NCBI GenBank assembly: GCA_963817955.1
Contig: CAWFQK010000004.1
Location: 1,056,001-1,120,000 of the forward strand
Direction of reading: 5' to 3'
DNA length: 64,000 bases
Origin: an uncultured Gemmatimonadaceae bacterium
GTDB taxonomy: Bacteria > Gemmatimonadota > Gemmatimonadetes > Gemmatimonadales > Gemmatimonadaceae
The translations under genes were made by a program, and so were the position numbers. Within the stretch, counting starts at the first letter, position 1. Each line of letters begins with the position of its first letter. Shown in pieces: positions 28,402 to 38,944 of the stretch. The notes beneath the pieces were generated by a model, which was not told the DNA's origin, searched no databases, and saw nothing but the letters and a program-made list of their open reading frames with translations.

Positions 28402-30822
28402 ATGCTCCAAGATCTCCGCTACGCCGTTCGCACGCTCATCAAGAACCCCGCGTTCACCTTTGCCGCGGTGCTCTGTCTCGCGCTCGGCATCGGCGTGAAC
28501 GCCACCATATATAGCTGCATACGCGCGCTGCTCCTTCGCCCGTTTCCGTATCGCAACCCCGACGAGCTCGTAGCAATCGGCGAATCGAATGTGAAGCGCG
28601 GATGGCGCATGAATAGCGTGTCCTACCCGAACTTTCGGAGCTGGCAGGCGGAGAACCGCACGCTCGAGAGCATCGCCATCGTTAACAACGCGTCGTTCAA
28701 CCTCGCCATTCGTGACGGCGCCGACTACGTGCAGGGCGCGACCGTGTCGTGGACGGCGTTTCACACGCTCGGCATGTCACCGGCCCTCGGCCGCGACTTT
28801 CGGGAGGAGGAAGATCGCGTCGGCGCGCTAAAGGTGATCATCCTGAGCGATCGTATCTGGCGCGACCGGTTCGACGCCCGCCGGAGCGTGATCGGCCAGC
28901 AGATCATGATCAATGGCGTGCCGCACACCGTCATCGGTGTCATGCCCCCGAACTTCGAGTTCCCCGCGGCGTCCGGTGTCTGGACGACGATTCAGACCGA
29001 TCCACTCAAGAACCGCGGCAATCATTCCTGGCAGGTGATCGGACGACTCAAACCGGGCGTCACGGTCGAGCAGGCGCGCGGCGATATCGGCCGAATCGCA
29101 ACGCAGCTCGAGACGCAGTATCCGAGCTCGAACACGGGCTGGGGCGCCGAGGTCCAGTCGCTACGTGAATCCGAGGTCGGAGAGTTTCGGCCGATGCTGA
29201 TGATCATGATGGTATCGGTGGCGTTCGTGCTGCTCATTGCCTGCGCCAACGTCGCCAACCTGCTCTTGTCGCGCGCCGCGGCACGGCAGAAGGAAATGGC
29301 TGTGCGGGTCGCGCTCGGCGCGGACAGTTGGCGCGTCGTGCGGCAAATGCTCACCGAGAGCATCCTCGTCGCATTCCTGGGCGCGGCGCTCGGGGTAGCG
29401 TTTGCCTATGCGTTCCTACAGTGGATCAAGGCGAACATTCTCGGGGGCGTGCCGTTCTGGATGAAGTTCTCGATCGATGGGCAGGTGCTCCTGTTCACCA
29501 CGGCGGTCGCTGTCGGCACAGGGCTGCTCTTTGGACTCGTTCCGGCGCTCCAGGCTGCGCGTCCCAATCTCAACGAAACGTTGCGCGATGCGGGCGCGCG
29601 CGGTTCGAGCGCCGGTCGCTCGCGCCAACGGCTGCGCTCCAGCCTCGTCGTGGGTGAAGTCGCGCTCTCGCTCGTGCTCCTGGTGGGCGCGGCGTTGCTC
29701 ATTCGCAGCTTTCTCGGCATGCAGAGCGTGAAGCCAGGGTTCGACGCGAGCAACCTGCTGACCATGCGCGTGACGCTCAACGGACCGGCGTACGACTCCG
29801 GGTACAAGCGCTTTGCCTTTTTCGACGCCTTGCTCACGCGCGTGAATGGCCAACCAGGGGTCGTCTCTGCATCGATCGTCAATAACATCCCCCTCAGCGG
29901 CAGCAACAACAACAGCTTCTTCAACGTCGAAGGCCAGGATACCAAAGTCGGATCGGAACCGCTGCTCGAGATCCGGTGGGTCTCTCCGCGCTATCTCGAG
30001 ACACTACGCATTCCAGTGGTGACCGGACGCATGTTCACCCAGCAGGAATGGGCCGACAGCGGCGTTGCTGGCCGGGTGGCGGTGGTCAACCAGTTCATGG
30101 CACAGAAGTTCTGGCATAGCCCGCAGGAGGCAATCGGCAAGCGCTTTCGGTTCGGAAGCGTCACCGACACGACGCGTCGCTGGATCACAATCATTGGCGT
30201 CGCCGCGGACATCAAGCACAAGCAGCTCTCGCAGGCGGCGCCCGACCTGCAGGGCTATATGCCCTATCGCCAGGGTTCCTGGAATGCGATGGCGATCGTG
30301 GTGCGTACGCTCGGCGAGCCGACCAGAGCGACGGGCACCGTGCTGGCAGCACTGAAGCAGACTGACCCATTGTTGCCGACGTACCGCGTGATGAGCATGG
30401 ACGCGAACATCCGGCAGTCGTACTGGCAACAAGCGCTGTACGGTAAGATGTTCGGCGCCTTCGCGGCAATCGCGGTCGTGCTCGCGGCCGTCGGCGTGTA
30501 CGGCGTGATCTCGTACGCGGTGTCGCAGCGGACACAAGAGATCGGCGTGCGCGTTGCTCTCGGCGCACAGCGGAGCGACGTGCTGCGCCTGATCGTGGGA
30601 CACGGTGCACTGCTTGGCGGGGTAGGTATCGCGATCGGCCTCGTGGGGGCGCTGGCAGTCACGCGATTCCTGCGGACGATGCTGTTCGGCGTATCGCCGT
30701 TCGACGTGGCGACATTTGTCGGGGTATCGCTGCTGCTGAGCGCGATCGCCCTGGTGGCGAGTTACATCCCGGCGCGGCGCGCGGCGACGGTCGATCCGGT
30801 AGAGGCGCTGCGGTACGATTGA
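28402..30822 (+). CDS. Duplicated orphan ABC permease (ADOP; MacB_PCD + FtsX x2)
   Basis: QDLRYAVR, LLIACANVANLLL, EMAVRVALGA, EIGVRVALGA, IPARRAATVDPVEALRYD. Confidence 0.93.
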   Translation: MLQDLRYAVRTLIKNPAFTFAAVLCLALGIGVNATIYSCIRALLLRPFPYRNPDELVAIGESNVKRGWRMNSVSYPNFRSWQAENRTLESIAIVNNASFNLAIRDGADYVQGATVSWTAFHTLGMSPALGRDFREEEDRVGALKVIILSDRIWRDRFDARRSVIGQQIMINGVPHTVIGVMPPNFEFPAASGVWTTIQTDPLKNRGNHSWQVIGRLKPGVTVEQARGDIGRIATQLETQYPSSNTGWGAEVQSLRESEVGEFRPMLMIMMVSVAFVLLIACANVANLLLSRAAARQKEMAVRVALGADSWRVVRQMLTESILVAFLGAALGVAFAYAFLQWIKANILGGVPFWMKFSIDGQVLLFTTAVAVGTGLLFGLVPALQAARPNLNETLRDAGARGSSAGRSRQRLRSSLVVGEVALSLVLLVGAALLIRSFLGMQSVKPGFDASNLLTMRVTLNGPAYDSGYKRFAFFDALLTRVNGQPGVVSASIVNNIPLSGSNNNSFFNVEGQDTKVGSEPLLEIRWVSPRYLETLRIPVVTGRMFTQQEWADSGVAGRVAVVNQFMAQKFWHSPQEAIGKRFRFGSVTDTTRRWITIIGVAADIKHKQLSQAAPDLQGYMPYRQGSWNAMAIVVRTLGEPTRATGTVLAALKQTDPLLPTYRVMSMDANIRQSYWQQALYGKMFGAFAAIAVVLAAVGVYGVISYAVSQRTQEIGVRVALGAQRSDVLRLIVGHGALLGGVGIAIGLVGALAVTRFLRTMLFGVSPFDVATFVGVSLLLSAIALVASYIPARRAATVDPVEALRYD

Positions 30823-30835
30823 CCAGGCGTCCCGT

Positions 30836-30861
30836 TGTCTCGTGTCTCGTGTCTCGTGTCC
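30836..30861 (+). repeat. Heptamer tract (TGTCTCG)x3
   Basis: Direct tandem 7-mers between the permease and the YncE-like gene. Confidence 0.75.
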
Positions 30862-30956
30862 GATCTACTCCCATTTGACAGCACGCGACGTGCAGCTCAG
30901 TATCCCACTCACTCAGCTGCACCCCCTTCGCGTCTGTCTTTTTGGGAGTTCCATCT

Positions 30957-32075
30957 ATGCGACGACCGTTAGCCCTGGCATCTGCAGTTGCAATCACGCT
31001 ATTCGCGCACCCGGTGCGGGCCCAGCAGGCCGGCACGGACGGTCCATACAAAGTGCTCAAGAGGGCGCGCGTCGGAGGAGAAGGGGGCTCCGACTACATC
31101 TATGCCGACGTCGCGGGACGGCGGCTCTACATTCCGCGGGGCGGCACGCGCGCGGTTGCGCAGACCGACAGCACGCCCGCTAAGCCCGCGGTGCCGGGCC
31201 GGATCACGGTGTTCGACCTCGAAACGATCGCCCCGCTCGGTGAGATTCCCGGCACCGGCGGCAATGGCGTCGCAGTAGATCCCAAGTCAGGGCATGGGTT
31301 CTCGAGCAGCAAGCCGGTGTCGATGTTCGACACGAAGACGCTCACGTTGATGAAGCAGATCGATGTGGGTGCCGCGCAACCGGACGGCATTCTGTTCGAT
31401 GCGTTCAACGAGCGGATCTACATCTTCAGCCACCCGACGAAGGACGCCACGGTGATCGATGCCAAGGACGGCACCGTACTCGGCACGATCGACCTGGGCG
31501 GGGTGCCGGAACAAGGGGTGTCGGACGGCAAAGGCACGATTTACGTCGTGATGCAGGACGCGCAAGGCAGCGTCACCGTGGTCGATGCCAAGGCCATGAA
31601 GGCAACGGCACACTACACCCTGGGCGACAAGGGCGGATGCAACGGGCTCGCGCTCGATGCCAAGAATCACATCCTCTTCGCGGCGTGCGCACGATCGGGC
31701 AATCCGCCGGCGCAACCGGCCCAACCGATGATGGTGATTCTGAACGCGGAGAACGGCACCATCATCACCAACCTGCCGCTCGCGGGAGGCTCTGACGGCG
31801 CCGTATTCAATCCGGCCACGATGGAGGCGTTCAGCTCGCATGGCAACGGAACGCTGACCGTCGTCAAGGAAAAGAGCCCGACGAGCTTCGAGGTGGAGCA
31901 GAATCTTCAGACCATGATGGGCGCGAGAACGCTGACGCTCGACACGAAGACCAACCATATCTTGACGATGAGCGTGGAGCGTGGCCCTGCACCGCCGCCG
32001 CCCGCCGGCGGAGGCCGCGGACCCGGCGCGCCGGCCATACCAGGGTCATTTACAATTCTCGTAATCGGAAAATGA
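30957..32075 (+). CDS. Secreted YncE/YVTN-type beta-propeller protein
   Basis: Signal peptide; GGEGGSDY, repeated blades, GARTLTLD. Confidence 0.82.
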   Translation: MRRPLALASAVAITLFAHPVRAQQAGTDGPYKVLKRARVGGEGGSDYIYADVAGRRLYIPRGGTRAVAQTDSTPAKPAVPGRITVFDLETIAPLGEIPGTGGNGVAVDPKSGHGFSSSKPVSMFDTKTLTLMKQIDVGAAQPDGILFDAFNERIYIFSHPTKDATVIDAKDGTVLGTIDLGGVPEQGVSDGKGTIYVVMQDAQGSVTVVDAKAMKATAHYTLGDKGGCNGLALDAKNHILFAACARSGNPPAQPAQPMMVILNAENGTIITNLPLAGGSDGAVFNPATMEAFSSHGNGTLTVVKEKSPTSFEVEQNLQTMMGARTLTLDTKTNHILTMSVERGPAPPPPAGGGRGPGAPAIPGSFTILVIGK

Positions 32076-32092
32076 TCGGGTGGTCGTGAGCG

Positions 32093-32133
32093 AGGGCCCC
32101 GCAACGAGATCGTTGCGGGGCCCTTTTCCCTTT
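32093..32133 (+). terminator. Rho-independent terminator of the YncE-like gene
   Basis: AGGGCCCCGCAACG...CGTTGCGGGGCCCT followed by TTTCCCTTT. Confidence 0.8.
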
Positions 32134-32143
32134 GCGAGAAGCC

Positions 32144-32175
32144 GTCCCGTGTCCCGTGTCCCCCGCGCGTGTCCC
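32144..32175 (-). repeat. Heptamer tract abutting the kinase stop codon
   Basis: gtcccgtgtcccgtgtcccccgcgcgtgtccc, nearly identical to the tail of element copy 2. Confidence 0.75.
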
Positions 32176-34778
32176 TATCGCCCAGATTGCATGAGTTGCA
32201 GACCCGCCCGTGCGAACGGCGCGTCCTCGGCCTCGACCGTACCCGCGTCGGCGGCTGGTACCGGCAGCAGGATACGGAACGTGGTGCCAAGGCCCACCGT
32301 GCTCTCGACGCTGATCGCGCCGTTCAGCTGGCTCACGATGCCGTGCACCGTCGAGAGGCCGAGTCCCGTCCCGACGCCCACTGCCTTCGTCGTGAAGAAT
32401 GGCTCGAAGATCTTCGGCAGGATTTCCGGCGGAATGCCTTCGCCTTCGTCTGACACCGCAACCTCGACGTACCGCCCCGCCGGCACGATAGCATTTCCGG
32501 TAGCGCTCAGCTCGGACAATACGCGCTCCCCGACGACGAGCTTCAGATCACCGCCCTTTGGCATGGCGTCACGCGCGTTGACCGCGAGGTTCACGATGAC
32601 CTGGTGGAGCTGTCCCTCGTCGGCGAGCACCGTCGGCAGGTTGGCACCGCAGGCCACCACGATGCGCACGTGCTCACCAACCATGGGCCGCAGCATGCGT
32701 GCAAGATCCCGCACGACGGCTCCCACGTCGACAGGCTGCAATCGAATCACCTGACGACGGCCGAAGGCCAGCAACTGCCGCGTCAGATTCGCGGCGCGTG
32801 AGGCAGCGTTGAGGATCTCGGTGGTAAAGCCCCGGAGCTCTTCGTCGTCGGGCGGCAAGCGCTTCATGAGGAATCCGCCGTACCCGATGACCGCCGTCAG
32901 CACATTATTGAAATCGTGGGCGATGCCGCCGGCAAGTTGGCCGACCGCTTCCATTTTTTGCGCGTGGCGCAATTGCGCGGTGAGCTCGCGCACGTCTGTC
33001 ACGTCGGTCAACACTTCGAACGCGCCATCCTCGGTGCCGTGATCGAGCGGCACATAGCTCGCAACAACCGTTCGTGCGCGTCCGGCGGAATCATGGAGTG
33101 TGTTCTCGCGTGGAGCCAGATCGCCGTCTCGCGCTCGCCGCAGCGCATCAGTGGCCACCAAGGCCGCGCTGGATCCGATGACGTCCACCATCAGGCGCCC
33201 AACGATCTCGCGCTCTCCCTTGCCAAGAAATTCGCGGTACGCGCGATTGACGAATGCGTAGCGGCCGTGCGCATCGAGTTGACTGACGAGTACGGGCATG
33301 CGCTCCAGCAACCGACGGTTTCGAATGCCCTCGTCGTGGAACTCTCGTTGCGCATTGATCTGCTCGGTGCGGTCCAGCATGAGCGCCACGACACCTTCCA
33401 CGTCGCCGCGCTCGTCGCGTAGCGGGACCGCCGAGAGCTCGATTTCCCGCAACTCGCGATCCTTGCGCATGCAATGAATGAGCAATCCATTCGTTGACGT
33501 ATCGGACCCTGCAATGATCGCGTCAAGGATCCGCCGAGTTTCCGGCACGAGCGCGCCCGATTTGCCAGTCACCGCGCCGCCGATCACCTCCGAGGCGCTC
33601 CAACCGAATATGGTTTCAGCCGCCGGGTTCCACGTCTGTACGCGCCGGTTCCGATCCAGCGTCACGATGCCGATGGGCGCATCCCGAATGATTGCCGAGA
33701 GGAGCTGGGACGTCCGACGCACCTCTTCATAGGCACGCATCTGCGGTGTGAGGTCGAGCACGGACAGGATGATCCGCTGCCGCTCCGCGCCCACACGGGG
33801 CACGGCAGAGGCGGTGAGAAGACCCCAGACGGTCTCACCATCCTTCCGAATGAAACGCGTCGTCAGTGTGTACTTGCCGATCGCCCCCGCCCGCAGTTCG
33901 TCGAGGTGTGCGCGTTGCGCAGCGATGTCGTCCCGGTGGGTGAACTCCGCAAACGTCGACTGCTCGAGCTCGGCCCGTGTGTAGCCCAGAAAATCGCACA
34001 GCCGCTCGTTCACCCACAGCCATTCGCCGGCGTCCGTCGCATGCGCCAGCCCGATTCCCGCATTCTCGAATGTCACGCGATAGCGTTGTTCCCGCTCCAG
34101 CACCTGCCGCTCGGCTTTCTTCCGGCGGCGAAGCTCCCAGGCGATGAGTACGCCCACCACGCCAGCAATGAGGATGGCCAGCACCACTGCGACGATGGTC
34201 AACTCCAGCGTTTGCATGAACGCTTGGCGGCGACGCGTCGCTTGGTCCGCCATGACCCGGTGCCAGCTGATCGCGACAGCTCGTCTGAGATCGTCGAACC
34301 GCTCGTGCTGCTGTACCTCAGCCGGCAGGGCCATCCTGGCGAGCGCGGAATCGGTGTGGCCCGCTTGAACGAGTTCCCGGCCTCGACGAATCGTGAAGAA
34401 CCTCGCGCGCACGAGGGCGTCCATTCCATCGAGCATTGCGTGCTCGGCTGGCGCGCTCGCCGTCAACTGTCGCGCATCACGGAGGAATTCGTAGGCCTGA
34501 CGCTCATTTGCCGCGATCGCGACCTGCGCCGTGCTGTCATTGCGTCCACTCGGCAACAAGAGGGTCATTTCGGCGCGCAAGACAGACTCGGAGAGCCATT
34601 CGAGATCGGCCAATGCCGCCTGCATCCGATCCTGCGATTCGAGAATCGCCAGGAGTGAGCGAAGCCGATCAGTCGCCAGGATGGCGCTTCCCAGCGATAC
34701 GACAAACCCTGCCGCCGCGACGAGTATCAGAACGACGTGGACTAGTCGGCTGCGCGAGGGTTCAAATCGGCGCGGCAT
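32175..34778 (-). CDS. Membrane PAS sensor histidine kinase (CHASE3-like sensor, 3 PAS, CckA-type kinase, no receiver)
   Basis: Two TMs; [38 protein letters not shown]. Confidence 0.92.
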   Translation of the reverse strand: MPRRFEPSRSRLVHVVLILVAAAGFVVSLGSAILATDRLRSLLAILESQDRMQAALADLEWLSESVLRAEMTLLLPSGRNDSTAQVAIAANERQAYEFLRDARQLTASAPAEHAMLDGMDALVRARFFTIRRGRELVQAGHTDSALARMALPAEVQQHERFDDLRRAVAISWHRVMADQATRRRQAFMQTLELTIVAVVLAILIAGVVGVLIAWELRRRKKAERQVLEREQRYRVTFENAGIGLAHATDAGEWLWVNERLCDFLGYTRAELEQSTFAEFTHRDDIAAQRAHLDELRAGAIGKYTLTTRFIRKDGETVWGLLTASAVPRVGAERQRIILSVLDLTPQMRAYEEVRRTSQLLSAIIRDAPIGIVTLDRNRRVQTWNPAAETIFGWSASEVIGGAVTGKSGALVPETRRILDAIIAGSDTSTNGLLIHCMRKDRELREIELSAVPLRDERGDVEGVVALMLDRTEQINAQREFHDEGIRNRRLLERMPVLVSQLDAHGRYAFVNRAYREFLGKGEREIVGRLMVDVIGSSAALVATDALRRARDGDLAPRENTLHDSAGRARTVVASYVPLDHGTEDGAFEVLTDVTDVRELTAQLRHAQKMEAVGQLAGGIAHDFNNVLTAVIGYGGFLMKRLPPDDEELRGFTTEILNAASRAANLTRQLLAFGRRQVIRLQPVDVGAVVRDLARMLRPMVGEHVRIVVACGANLPTVLADEGQLHQVIVNLAVNARDAMPKGGDLKLVVGERVLSELSATGNAIVPAGRYVEVAVSDEGEGIPPEILPKIFEPFFTTKAVGVGTGLGLSTVHGIVSQLNGAISVESTVGLGTTFRILLPVPAADAGTVEAEDAPFARAGLQLMQSGR

Positions 34779-34799
34779 AGCGCTGCTGGGCGACCAACG

Positions 34800-35288
34800 T
34801 CAGGATGCCATCGGCATCCGAGCGGCCTGCACATGAGACGCGTCGAGGAGCTGGCGAACCTCGCTGACCAGCGAGTGCATCTCAAATGGCTTCCCGAGAA
34901 ATGCCGTTGGGCTGCCTTTGAAGTGCTCGTCTCCAAGCGCACCCCGTGCGTATCCGGAAATAAACAAAATACGCATCTGCGGATTCCATTGTCTCAAGTG
35001 CTCCGAGAGAACACGACCATCCATGTCGGGCATGATGACGTCGCTGATCACGAGATTGATGGGCGCGGAGTGTGCCTCCGCCTTTGCCATTGCATCCTCG
35101 CCATTCTGCGCCTCGAGCACCGTATAGCCCTTGTCCCGAAGGACGAGACACAGGAGCCTGCGAACAGGCGCTTCATCTTCGACCACGAGTATGGTCTCTG
35201 TGCCGGCGCCGTCGGAGTCGTCTGATCCGACCGCGTCCTGGAAGAGTGCCGAGTTCGAATGTGCGATCATGGAGTGCCTGCGCGTCAT
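34800..35288 (-). CDS. Single-domain response regulator
   Basis: ILVVEDE, SDVIMP, FISGY, GKPF. Confidence 0.88.
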   Translation of the reverse strand: MTRRHSMIAHSNSALFQDAVGSDDSDGAGTETILVVEDEAPVRRLLCLVLRDKGYTVLEAQNGEDAMAKAEAHSAPINLVISDVIMPDMDGRVLSEHLRQWNPQMRILFISGYARGALGDEHFKGSPTAFLGKPFEMHSLVSEVRQLLDASHVQAARMPMAS

Positions 35289-35401
35289 CGCGCGTACGGG
35301 TTGGCGGAAGGCTATGCTGCCGAGCTCTTCGAAGAAGTCAGCGATTGTCTGACGAACAGCGGAACATCCCCGACGCGAGAGACGCTGCGCAATTATATGG
35401 G

Positions 35402-36085
35402 CTACAACAAGCTCTCATCCGCGCGCCTCGCGACGTAGAGCGCGTGCCGTGCGCTACCCGTGCCGTGCGCCCGCGCGCTGGTCGCTTCGACGGTCAGTCC
35501 TGCACGGTGCATCGCATCGGCGAACGCCGGATCCACGGCCGCCGACCAATAGGCGAGCCGCCCACCGGGGCGAAGTGCCGCAGTCGTGGCGCGGATTCCA
35601 GCGTCGTGATAGAGCCGAGCGTTGCCCGCCGTCGTCAACGCGTCGGCGCCATTGTCCACATCCAGGATGATGCTGTCGAAGACGCCGACGCTCGCCGCGA
35701 GCACGTGCGCAACGTCGTCGTGCAGCAGCGACACCCGTGGATCCTCCAGCGCGCCGGCGGCGAGATCGTACGCGGGGTTCTTGTTCCAGCGAATGACTGC
35801 GCCAACGAGCTCCACGACAGTCACGTGAGCGTCGTCGCGCAACGTACGAAGCGCCGCGCGAAGCGTGAAGCCGAGCCCCAGCCCGCCAATGAGCACGCGG
35901 GCGGCTGCCGTGTGCTGGAGCGGCGCGCACACGAGCTCCGCGAGCCGTTCCTCAGACTCGTGGCGACGCGTGGACATCAACTCCACACCATCGACGCGAA
36001 TGACGTAGGCGCCGTCATGGCGGTACAACGTGAGAACGGTGCCGTCAGGCGCGACGGCCTCGTCGAGGCGCTCAAATTTCTTCAT
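35402..36085 (-). CDS. Spermidine-synthase-like SAM-binding protein
   Basis: ELMS...SE..LA, VLIGGLGLGFTL, ILDVDNG. Confidence 0.82.
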   Translation of the reverse strand: MKKFERLDEAVAPDGTVLTLYRHDGAYVIRVDGVELMSTRRHESEERLAELVCAPLQHTAAARVLIGGLGLGFTLRAALRTLRDDAHVTVVELVGAVIRWNKNPAYDLAAGALEDPRVSLLHDDVAHVLAASVGVFDSIILDVDNGADALTTAGNARLYHDAGIRATTAALRPGGRLAYWSAAVDPAFADAMHRAGLTVEATSARAHGTGSARHALYVARRADESLL

Positions 36086-36255
36086 CGACTACGGGGCGAA
36101 TGAGCAAAGCATGCAGCCGAGCCTGCTTGCCGGCGGAGGCTCCCTCCAAAGACGCTTCACATATCACCTCGTTACACGTGTGCGCCTCAATCGTCATATT
36201 GGAGCAGAAGCGGCCGCCGAGGTCGCTTGCGTGAATCCTCCCCTCCGACGTACAG

Positions 36256-37041
36256 ATGTTCGTACGGACCATGTTCACGGCGATGATGGCCGTAGCGTTC
36301 GTACCGCGCGCCGCTCGCGCGCAAGCCACGCCATGCGGAGCATCCAGGAGTGTCTTCGCTGCCGTCGGTATTGCTCAGGACGATCGAGTGGATGCGAGCG
36401 CATCGGCGGCCCAGTTCGAAGGGCGCGGCGAACAGTATTCCGTAGGCGGAGACGCGCCGTTCAGACGCTTGTGCGTCGTCGCCAATATTCGCGCGCAGGC
36501 ACCCGCGCTCGCGGCAACTGGACGGCCGTTGGAGCATGAGCATATGCTCACTGACGACGGCGACCTGGCCGCGCTGAGACGCGTGAGCGGCTTCCCGGAT
36601 CGGCACCTGTCGATCTGGGCGGGAGCCGAACTGCGTGGATTACTCATGGTGACCTCCCACGTCTACCCGGACCGCCAGCGCAGCACGGCGCGCTTCCGCT
36701 TCGGCATGGTATCGCTCGGGCCCGTCCTGCGCGGACAGTTCGTGCTCGGACGCAGCTCCATTACCGCCAGACTCTCATCGCCCGTCGTCGGACTGGTCGA
36801 CCACTCCTACTCGGCCATCTGGTCGGGCGATTCGCGCCCGGACTTCCGCGTCACTTCTCTCAGCACCTTGCGAGGCGCAACGGGCGACATGTCGTACACC
36901 TGGGCGGTCCACCCAGACCTCGGCATCAACACCGCGTATCGCGCCTCGATGGTTCGCTACGACGGTGCACGGCCCGTGCGCTCTCTGACGCAGAGTATGA
37001 CGCTCGGCGCCAGCGTGCGATTTCCAGCACACCATCGATGA
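36256..37041 (+). CDS. Secreted hypothetical protein, possible beta-barrel
   Basis: Signal peptide ending ARAQ; ATGA overlap with the S41 gene. Confidence 0.6.
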   Translation: MFVRTMFTAMMAVAFVPRAARAQATPCGASRSVFAAVGIAQDDRVDASASAAQFEGRGEQYSVGGDAPFRRLCVVANIRAQAPALAATGRPLEHEHMLTDDGDLAALRRVSGFPDRHLSIWAGAELRGLLMVTSHVYPDRQRSTARFRFGMVSLGPVLRGQFVLGRSSITARLSSPVVGLVDHSYSAIWSGDSRPDFRVTSLSTLRGATGDMSYTWAVHPDLGINTAYRASMVRYDGARPVRSLTQSMTLGASVRFPAHHR

Positions 37042-38195
37042 CGCGCGTCCGTCACCGCCTGGTATGCTGTGCCGCGGCGCTGTCAGCCGTCTTCCTCGCT
37101 GGCTGCATGAGCCCCACGCTCGCGCCGCCGGCCGGCTCGAGCAACGCCGATCTCTTCGATGCCATGTGGCACGAAGTCGATCTGAATTACTCCATGTTTG
37201 GTCTCAAGCGAGTGAACTGGGATTCCGTCGGGCTGGTCAATCGCCCGGCCGCCATTGCCGCACCAACCGATGCTGCCCTCGCGCGCGTGCTCGGCGGCAT
37301 ACTGATGACGTTGCACGATCGTCACGTCTCGTTGACGCCGGGGACCGCCGGCCCCGTCGTCATGTATAGCACGTCAGGCGACGCGGCGCCGGCCGCGTTC
37401 GACGCCGCGCTCATCGAGCATCGGTACCTCTCGGACGCGACGGCGTGGTACGAGACGCATGTATTGGTTGGCCGATTGTCGTCATCCCTCGGATACGTGC
37501 GCATTCCGAGCTTTGGCGGCGACGGGTGGGTTGGCGACGTGGACGACGCCCTCCGGTCGCTCGCGGACATGTCGGCCATCGTCGTGGACGTCCGCTGCAA
37601 TTTTGGTGGCAACTATGATCTCGCACTTCAAATCGCCGGTCGTTTCGCCGATCACCAGCGCACGTTCGGCTATGTGAAGGTTCGCAACGGCCCGCGTCAC
37701 GACGATTTCACTCCTTTAATTCCAGAAACCGTCCGGCCCGCCGGGCCGATGCAATTCCACGGTCCGGTCTACGTGCTCACCAATCGGAAGGTGTACAGCT
37801 CCGCCGAGAACTTTGTCCTGGCCATGCAAGCCTTGCCCACCGTGACAACCGTGGGCGACACGACCGCGGGATCGTCAGGCAAGCCAATTGTGCGAGCGCT
37901 GCCGAATGGCTGGACGTACGAGGTTTCGAGCTGGCTCGAGTACACCAGCGCGCAAGTGCCATACGAGGATGTCGGCCTGCCGCCGGCCGTCTACGTTGCG
38001 TCACGCGCCGCGGACATCCGCGCCGGGGTGGACGTCGTGTTGGAGCGCGCGATCGTGCTCGCCACCGCGGCTATGCGCACGACGACGCTCCGGAGCCTGC
38101 ACGCCGAGCCAACGCGTGAGCGCCTGACACCGCCGGCGGCTGACGCGCACTCGGGCGCCACACGCCATGTACAGCTCTCCATCACCGCTCGATAG
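37038..38195 (+). CDS. S41 family peptidase lipoprotein
   Basis: LAGC lipobox; LHDRHV, GYVRI, DVRCNFGG, YSSAENF, VGDTTAG, LPNGW. Confidence 0.88.
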   Translation: MTRVRHRLVCCAAALSAVFLAGCMSPTLAPPAGSSNADLFDAMWHEVDLNYSMFGLKRVNWDSVGLVNRPAAIAAPTDAALARVLGGILMTLHDRHVSLTPGTAGPVVMYSTSGDAAPAAFDAALIEHRYLSDATAWYETHVLVGRLSSSLGYVRIPSFGGDGWVGDVDDALRSLADMSAIVVDVRCNFGGNYDLALQIAGRFADHQRTFGYVKVRNGPRHDDFTPLIPETVRPAGPMQFHGPVYVLTNRKVYSSAENFVLAMQALPTVTTVGDTTAGSSGKPIVRALPNGWTYEVSSWLEYTSAQVPYEDVGLPPAVYVASRAADIRAGVDVVLERAIVLATAAMRTTTLRSLHAEPTRERLTPPAADAHSGATRHVQLSITAR

Positions 38196-38681
38196 GCGCC
38201 GAAACGATTCGATCCGGCGCAGGTGAACGATGACCGAGCGATGAACCCGCATGAACTTCGCGGGGTCGAGGTCGGCTTCGAGCGCGCCGAGTGATGCGCG
38301 AATCGTGAAGCAACGACCGTTCGTCACCACATCGGCATACGATCCGCTCGCGCGAATAAGGTCGATCTCGTCCATCGGCACGACCACCAGGCGGCCGCGA
38401 ATTCGCACGGTGATTTGCTGTCGAAACCGGCGATCGAGCTCAGGCGCTGCCGCGATCATCACCGTGTCGTTCATTGCCGCGGGACGCGGCAGGCCGGAAT
38501 CGCCAGCGTGCAGTATTGCGGCATCGGCCACGATGACCTGCGGATGTAGCTCGTTGATGATGTCCTGCAACTCACGGCTGCTGCGCGCGTGACCGACGAT
38601 CGTGACGTTCGGGTCCCGTTCCAGCGTGTCCCGGAGATGATGATGCTCTGCATCGCCAGCGACGATCACCACTCGAATCAT
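38001..38681 (-). CDS. LytTR-domain regulator with truncated/atypical receiver
   Basis: IDLIRASGSY, LDPAKFMRVHRSVIV, RVSRR; the receiver lacks its C-terminal half. Confidence 0.82.
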   Translation of the reverse strand: MIRVVIVAGDAEHHHLRDTLERDPNVTIVGHARSSRELQDIINELHPQVIVADAAILHAGDSGLPRPAAMNDTVMIAAAPELDRRFRQQITVRIRGRLVVVPMDEIDLIRASGSYADVVTNGRCFTIRASLGALEADLDPAKFMRVHRSVIVHLRRIESFRRLSSGDGELYMACGARVRVSRRRCQALTRWLGVQAPERRRAHSRGGEHDRALQHDVHPGADVRGA

Positions 38682-38776
38682 GTGTTCCAGACAGTAGGGC
38701 CACAAAGCGAAGGACACCGATCTCGGCGAATTCCCGCGTGACCCGTTGCATGTCTCGCTCCAGACAGCGGGCCGTG

Positions 38777-38811
38777 CCACCATTCGGAACGATTCCTCCA
38801 CCATTCGGAAC
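38777..38811 (+). promoter_or_regulatory. Putative LytTR binding site: 14-bp direct repeat, 21-bp period
   Basis: CCACCATTCGGAAC at 38777-38790 and 38798-38811, between the divergent lytTR and lipoprotein genes. Confidence 0.65.
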
Positions 38812-38944
38812 AACGTCGCGTCTACGACTTCGGGCGGATCGATTGATGGCCCGCGGTTGGCCGTTGAGGGCCACGCGCGAACGCGGCGTTCGTGCTCGGC
38901 GGTCATGCAAGCCGCTCGATGACGATAGGACAGGAGATTGTTCA

